A stretch of DNA of 64,000 nt, taken from an uncultured bacterium. Lineage in GTDB: Bacteria; Acidobacteriota; Thermoanaerobaculia; Multivoradales; JAHZIX01. The stretch spans positions 1-64,000 of the forward strand of contig CBDUPA010000008.1 in NCBI GenBank assembly GCA_965368975.1. Reading direction: 5' to 3'. The translations under genes were made by a program, and so were the position numbers. Shown piece by piece: positions 58,621-64,000 of this stretch. Below the pieces are notes generated by a model, which worked only from the letters and a program-made list of their open reading frames with translations, had not been told where the DNA came from and ran no database searches. How positions within the stretch are numbered: the stretch's first letter is position 1; the number at the start of each line of letters is the position of its first letter.

Positions 58621-60771
58621 ATGCACCGTCTCTACGGACTCGTCCCGACCGTTCTGATGCTCGTTGCCTTGCTTGCCGCCGCGCCGGCCATCGCCGAGGA
58701 GGCCGGCGAGCAGTACAACGTGCTGACGCCCGCCCACGTGGCGCAGATCCGCACCGTCGATGATGTTTTCGTGGCGCCGGACGGCAGTTCGGTGGCGTAC
58801 TCTCTGAACGTACCGCGACGCCTGTTCGAGGAGTCGGACGGTTCGTCTTGGCGCGAGCTGCACTGGTTCGATGCTGAGGGGGTCCATCGGCCGCTGATCA
58901 CCGGCCAGGTAAAGGTCTCGTCCGTGGCCTGGGCGCCGGACGCTCGCAGTCTCACTTTCCTCGACCAACGCGGCGACGACGAGCACAATTGTCTCTATCG
59001 CCTGCCCCTCGGTGATGGGGCAGGGGAGGCACAGCGCTTGTTGTGCCACAGCAGCAGCATCGGCGAGTATGACCTGCATCCCGACGGCCGTATCGCCTTC
59101 GTCGCCACGGAGGCCAAGACGCCGCAGCAGAAGCGGCTGGAGAAAGCCGGGTTCACGCAGGAGGTCTTCGAAGAGGATGCCCGCTTCGATCATCTCTGGG
59201 TCGCGACGCCCAGGCCGGTTTCCCCTGACGGCGGCGACGGCTACGCGGTGAGGCGTATCGACGTGCCCGCGGGCCATGTTTCCGACATCGCCTGGAGCCC
59301 GGTCGACAACCGCTTGGTACTAGCACTCGCCCCGACGCCGCTGGTCGACGACGAATTGATGCAGCGGCGGGTGCACGTCATCGATAGCGATTCCGGCGAG
59401 GTACTGGTCCGCGTGGCCAATCCGGGCAAGCTCAAGCACGTCAGTTTCGCTCCCGACGGTCGTCACGTGGCGATGATCTCAGCGGTCGATATCAGCGATC
59501 CGCGCGAGAGTCGCTTGATGGTCGCCGCCGTTGGGGCTGCTGCAGGGCAGACGGGGACCGACGGCGTGCTCCTGGACGTGACGCCGAAGGTCGAGACCAA
59601 GGTTACCGACTACGCATGGACCGGTGGCGATTCCTTGGTCCTGCTCGGCGACGAGGGTGTCCACACCCGCGTCTACCGGGTTGCGGTCGACGGTTCGAGA
59701 CATCAGCAGCTGAGTGGTGGTCGGGCCTCGTGGAGCGACATCGCCGCCTCCGCCGATGGTCGTCTGATCGGGCTGGTCGGGGATACGCCCACGCATCCCG
59801 CAGAGTTGTTCACGCTCAGCGGCAGCGGTGGAGAGGCTGCCCCCGAGCGCTTGACCGAGAGCAATCCCTGGCTCGCCGACCAGCGTCTGGCGCCCCAGGA
59901 GATCGTCACCTGGACGGCCCGTGACGGTCTCCAGCTCGAGGGCGTGCTGGTGCGGCCGCTGAACGAGATTCCCGGCCAACGCTATCCGGTCATCATGACC
60001 ATTCACGGTGGCCCCGAGGCCCACATCCGCGACGGCTGGCTCACCACCTACTCGCGCCTCGGCCAGGTCGCCGCGGCACGTGGCTTCGCCGTCTTCCATC
60101 CCAACTACCGCGGCAGCACTGGCCGCGGCGTCGAGTTCCACAAGCTCGGTCACAAGGATTTCGCCGGCAAGGAGTTCGACGACATCGTCGACGCCATCGA
60201 CCACCTGGTCGACATCGGTCTAGCCGACGCGAACCGCATTGGCATCACGGGCGGTTCGTATGGCGGCTACGCAAGCGCCTGGGGGGCCACCTACTACAGC
60301 GAGCGCTTCGCCGCGTCGGTGATGATGGTGGGCATCTCGGATCTCGTCTCGGCCCTTGGGACTACCGATATCCCGAACGAAGACCAGCTGGTACACAAGA
60401 TCGTGTGGCCGTGGCAAGACTGGGATCTCTACCGCGAACGTAGCCCGCTGACCTACGTCGAGAAGGCGCGTACGCCGATCCTGATCCTCGGTGGCACCAG
60501 CGATCCGCGCGTCAACCCGACGCAGAGCCAGGAGCTGTATCGCTACCTGGAACTGATCGGCCAGACCCCGGTGCGCTACGTCCGGTACTCCGGCGAACCC
60601 CACGGCAACCGCCGCGCGGCGTCGCGCTTCGACTACAACCTGCGCGCGCTACGCTGGTTCGAGCACTATCTGCTCGGCGCCGGTCTCGAAGCCCACCAGC
60701 GCGGCGACGATCTTCGTTCGCGAGACCTGCCGCCGTACGGGTTGGATTACGAAGCGGCGCTGGGACGCTGA
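58621..60771 (+). CDS. S9 family peptidase (acylaminoacyl-peptidase-like)
   Basis: Signal peptide; IHGGPE, NYRGSTG, GGSYGG, DPRV, EPHG. Confidence 0.93.
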   Translation: MHRLYGLVPTVLMLVALLAAAPAIAEEAGEQYNVLTPAHVAQIRTVDDVFVAPDGSSVAYSLNVPRRLFEESDGSSWRELHWFDAEGVHRPLITGQVKVSSVAWAPDARSLTFLDQRGDDEHNCLYRLPLGDGAGEAQRLLCHSSSIGEYDLHPDGRIAFVATEAKTPQQKRLEKAGFTQEVFEEDARFDHLWVATPRPVSPDGGDGYAVRRIDVPAGHVSDIAWSPVDNRLVLALAPTPLVDDELMQRRVHVIDSDSGEVLVRVANPGKLKHVSFAPDGRHVAMISAVDISDPRESRLMVAAVGAAAGQTGTDGVLLDVTPKVETKVTDYAWTGGDSLVLLGDEGVHTRVYRVAVDGSRHQQLSGGRASWSDIAASADGRLIGLVGDTPTHPAELFTLSGSGGEAAPERLTESNPWLADQRLAPQEIVTWTARDGLQLEGVLVRPLNEIPGQRYPVIMTIHGGPEAHIRDGWLTTYSRLGQVAAARGFAVFHPNYRGSTGRGVEFHKLGHKDFAGKEFDDIVDAIDHLVDIGLADANRIGITGGSYGGYASAWGATYYSERFAASVMMVGISDLVSALGTTDIPNEDQLVHKIVWPWQDWDLYRERSPLTYVEKARTPILILGGTSDPRVNPTQSQELYRYLELIGQTPVRYVRYSGEPHGNRRAASRFDYNLRALRWFEHYLLGAGLEAHQRGDDLRSRDLPPYGLDYEAALGR

Positions 60772-60794
60772 AGTAGCAACGGCGGGTTTTCTGG

Positions 60795-60886
60795 GTAGGG
60801 GCGACCCCATGTGGTCGCCCTGCGGCACCAGCCGCATCTGGATTTCCCGGCCCCCGCCCAGGGCACCCACATGGGGGTGCCCCTAC
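60795..60886. repeat. Inverted pair of GTAG-family REP palindromes (BIME/REPIN-like)
   Basis: gtaggggcgaccccatgtggtcgccc ... cagggcacccacatgggggtgcccctac between convergent genes. Confidence 0.8.
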
Positions 60887-60903
60887 CCGAAGGGGGGATG
60901 CTC

Positions 60904-62730
60904 TCACTCTCCCGCGCTGCCGCGCAACTCCTGCTTCGGTGCGTCGATCTGCACCGGCGCTGGGATGGTGTCGCCGATCGTGCCATCTACGATCTTACCG
61001 ACCTCGCCGCGCGCCAGCTCTTCCCAGTGCGCCACCAGTTCGTGCAGGGTGCCGTCCTGGGTCAAGCGGGCGTCGGCAGCCGCGTGTTCTTCTTTGAACA
61101 GGTGGACCGTCTGGGTCGGGAAGGCGAACTCGACGCCGAGGCGGTGTGCCAGGCGCAGGATATCGACGGCCAGGCGGTGGCGTTCGCGCAGTTCGGTGGC
61201 CCAGTCCGGGGTCTTGAAGAACATGTACAGCAGCACTGACAGCGACGAGGCATCGAAGCTGTTGAGGTAGACGTGGAAGACATCCTTGCGCGTGTAGGGA
61301 TGACGGCGGATCAACTCGCGCACGCCTTCGCAGAAGGCTTCGACCTTCTCCGGCGGCGTGTTGTAGGTGATGGTCAGCTTGGTGCTCCAGCGCCGGTACT
61401 CGCGGGCGCCGTAGTTGTCGACCGCGGTTTCGATCAGGTTGGCGTTGGGCAGCGTGATCAGGGAGTTGTAGAAGGTGCGCACGCGGGTCGAGCGCATGCC
61501 GACTTCTTCGACCGTGCCCTCGACGCCGCCGATTTCCACCCAATCGCCGACCGCGAACGGGCGGTCGAGCAGCACGGTGATCGAGCCGAAGAGGTTGCGC
61601 ACGGTGTCCTGCGCGGCCAGGGCGAAGGCCAGGCCGCCGAGGCCGAGGCCTGCGAGCAGTGAGCCGATCTGGGCACCCATCTGCTGCAGCACGAAGAGCA
61701 AGCCGAAGGCCATGACGATCAGCTTGGCTGATTTGCGAAACAGCGGCACCAGCAGGTCGTCGAGCTTGGACGCCGTGGTCGTGGCACGGCTCTCGAAGAC
61801 GGCGCCGGCGACGTCGACGAGGCGATAGAGCAGCCATACCAGGGCGGCGGCGATGGCGGGCGTCACCAGCCAGTTGATCGGGTTGAGAACCCACAGCGGC
61901 AGGCTGAGCAGGCGTACGCCAAAGTACCAGACCAGCGTCATGGCGACGACGCCCAGCGGGCGAGTGACGCCGTGGAAGCGCTCCACCGCCTGCCAGCGGC
62001 GACGCAGGTAGCTGAGCAGGACGCGGTCGGCGGCCCAGGTCACCAGGCGTTCGAGCAGCACACCGAGGACGGCCAGCAGGAGCAGACCGATCCACTGCCA
62101 GTGCTCGAGCAGGAAGACGCGTTGCTGCAGGGGCTCGGGCATCTGCTCGCGCAGCCACAGCGGCAGCGTGCGGGGCGCCTCGGTGACGCCTTCCACCAGT
62201 TCTTGCATCTCGGTTGCCTGCCACAGCTCGGGGATGGCTGCCACCGTCGCCGGGCTGAACAGCCACTCGCCCTGGTCGTTGGGGGCAATGACGATACTGC
62301 CCTCGGCTTGATCGAGGAAGACGAAGGGGTCACCTTGGGCGTCGTCCGAGATCTCTTCGAACACGACGTACACCGTGCGGTCGATGATGTCCTTGAGCTG
62401 CGTCGCCAGATTGCCACCTTCGGTGCCGGCCAGCGATGGCGGTAGCTCGCTCAAGTCGAGGCAGGCGGTGGCCTCGTCGAGTTGGACGCCGCCTTCGATA
62501 GCCGGGTCGAAGGCCTCCAGGAAGGTGCGCATGGTGGCTCGCGCGGAACGGTGTGCATCGGGTACCGACGGTGCCGGCGCCGCGGTGGTCTCCGTGTCGG
62601 TCGCGGTACCGGCCGCATCGCCGGATACCGGGGCCTGTTGGGCGCCGAGCGGGGTCGGCAGGCCGCACAGCAGCGGCAGGAGCGCGAGGACGAGGAGCAG
62701 AGCGAGGTGGGAGTGGGGACGGAGCTTCAA
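60904..62730 (-). CDS. MscS family mechanosensitive channel with periplasmic N-terminal domain
   Basis: LLAGLGLGGLAFALAAQD, DRPFAVGDW, G.VEEVGMRSTRVRT, LPN, FAFPT; TTG start inferred from GGAGG. Confidence 0.9.
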   Translation of the reverse strand: MKLRPHSHLALLLVLALLPLLCGLPTPLGAQQAPVSGDAAGTATDTETTAAPAPSVPDAHRSARATMRTFLEAFDPAIEGGVQLDEATACLDLSELPPSLAGTEGGNLATQLKDIIDRTVYVVFEEISDDAQGDPFVFLDQAEGSIVIAPNDQGEWLFSPATVAAIPELWQATEMQELVEGVTEAPRTLPLWLREQMPEPLQQRVFLLEHWQWIGLLLLAVLGVLLERLVTWAADRVLLSYLRRRWQAVERFHGVTRPLGVVAMTLVWYFGVRLLSLPLWVLNPINWLVTPAIAAALVWLLYRLVDVAGAVFESRATTTASKLDDLLVPLFRKSAKLIVMAFGLLFVLQQMGAQIGSLLAGLGLGGLAFALAAQDTVRNLFGSITVLLDRPFAVGDWVEIGGVEGTVEEVGMRSTRVRTFYNSLITLPNANLIETAVDNYGAREYRRWSTKLTITYNTPPEKVEAFCEGVRELIRRHPYTRKDVFHVYLNSFDASSLSVLLYMFFKTPDWATELRERHRLAVDILRLAHRLGVEFAFPTQTVHLFKEEHAAADARLTQDGTLHELVAHWEELARGEVGKIVDGTIGDTIPAPVQIDAPKQELRGSAGE

Positions 62731-62984
62731 GGATATTCCTCCTTCGGACCGGATGAGCGAGTTGCAGTGCGTGAGCGATGGGTACCACAGGCCTCCTGGC
62801 GTGTCAAAGCAGGTGGCTGTCTGCACGGGGGTTCTCAGGTTCTCGGCGTCCGTCAGAGGACGGCCCGGATGGCGTTGCCAGGCTACTCGAGGCAAGTTTG
62901 CCTGACGGCGGGCTCCGGGGTAGAGTTCCGCCACCCCAGGTGTCCAGCCCTATCGCGGATCTTTCGAGACGAGGAGGAGAGAGC

Positions 62985-64000
62985 ATGAGCGACGAGAAAC
63001 GCGGCCTGAGCCGCCAGGCTTACGAACCGCTGAAGGAGGGCGAGACCTACCAGCCCTATGTGCCGGCGAGCCAGGAGCTGCCGGAGTTCAGCGTCAAGGC
63101 GGTAGTCGCGGGCATCGTGTTCGGCGTCCTCTTCGGTGCCGCGAACGCGTATCTGGGACTCAAGGCTGGTCTCACCATCTCGACGTCGATTCCGGTCGCG
63201 GTCATGACCATCGCCGCCTTCCGGGCTCTGGCCGCCATGGGGGGACGGACGAGCTTGCTGGAGGCCAACCAGGCGCAGACCATCGGCTCGGCTTCCAGCT
63301 CGGTGGCCAGCGGTGTCATCTTCACCCTGCCGGCACTCTTCCTCTGGGGTCTCGATCCGTCTCTGCTGCAGATGACGCTCCTGGCCATGTGCGGCGGCCT
63401 GATCGGCGTGCTCTTCATGGTGCCGCTGCGCCGCTTCCTGATCGACCGTGAGCACGGCAAGCTGCCATATCCCGAGGGCACGGCTTGTGCCGAGGTGCTG
63501 GTGGCCAGCGAAGCGGGCGGCGCGCGCGCCCAGAACGTGTTCTGGGGGCTGGGGCTCGGGGCCCTGGTCAAGTTGCTGCTCGGCGGCCTCAAGCTGCTGC
63601 CCGAGACGGTCAAGTTCGCGGTTCCGGGCATCTACAAGGCTGAGTTGGGACTCAAGGCGTCACCGGCGCTGTTCGGCGTCGGCTTCATCCTTGGTCCGTA
63701 CATTGCCACCATCATGGTCGGTGGCGGCCTGCTGGCGTCGCTGGTGATCATCCCGCTGATCGCCTGGTGGGGCGGCGATTTCGCCGTGCCGTTCTATCCG
63801 GAGACCGAGAAGCTGATCAGCGTCATGGCGCCCGGCGAGCTGTGGAACCGATATGTGCGCTATGTCGGTGCGGGTGCGGTGGCCACGGCAGGCATCATCA
63901 CCTTGGTGCGGAGCTTCCCGACCATGCTTGAAAGCTTCCGCATCGGCACCGAACAACTGCGCTCGCGCATGGGTGGTGGCAGTGGCGAGGCCTCGCCACG
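62985..64000 (+). CDS. OPT family oligopeptide transporter (3' truncated by window)
   Basis: My own translation: ANAYLGLKAGLTISTSIP, EANQAQTIGSA, VIFTLPAL, LPYPEGTACAEVL. Confidence 0.92.
   Translation, partial: MSDEKRGLSRQAYEPLKEGETYQPYVPASQELPEFSVKAVVAGIVFGVLFGAANAYLGLKAGLTISTSIPVAVMTIAAFRALAAMGGRTSLLEANQAQTIGSASSSVASGVIFTLPALFLWGLDPSLLQMTLLAMCGGLIGVLFMVPLRRFLIDREHGKLPYPEGTACAEVLVASEAGGARAQNVFWGLGLGALVKLLLGGLKLLPETVKFAVPGIYKAELGLKASPALFGVGFILGPYIATIMVGGGLLASLVIIPLIAWWGGDFAVPFYPETEKLISVMAPGELWNRYVRYVGAGAVATAGIITLVRSFPTMLESFRIGTEQLRSRMGGGSGEASP

Overview
GC-rich bacterial chromosome segment, most likely Acidobacteriota (inferred from an ADOP-type duplicated permease and a TPR-tailed Ser/Thr kinase). 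It holds about 50 densely packed, mostly housekeeping or envelope genes: nadABC, korAB, hemF, rsgA, reverse-transsulfuration genes, two S9 peptidases, a HK-RR-GGDEF/EAL cassette, an MCP, MscS and an OPT transporter. I found no CRISPR array, rRNA, tRNA, transposase or integrase. The most notable observations are: (1) a small, apparently independently transcribed protein with a divergent histone-fold signature (48991-49410); (2) a non-canonical four-gene chaperone-usher-like pilus operon next to it, preceded by a near-consensus sigma54 promoter and a ~120-nt hairpin 5' leader; (3) an orphan structured sRNA candidate bounded by a consensus sigma54 promoter and an intrinsic terminator (17266-17439); (4) an intact but apparently catalytically dead AsnB-like protein; (5) a glutaredoxin-TrxB fusion in a DinB/VOC cluster; (6) paired NrtR-like operators at the nadA promoter. 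All calls come from reading motifs by eye; no database searches were run.
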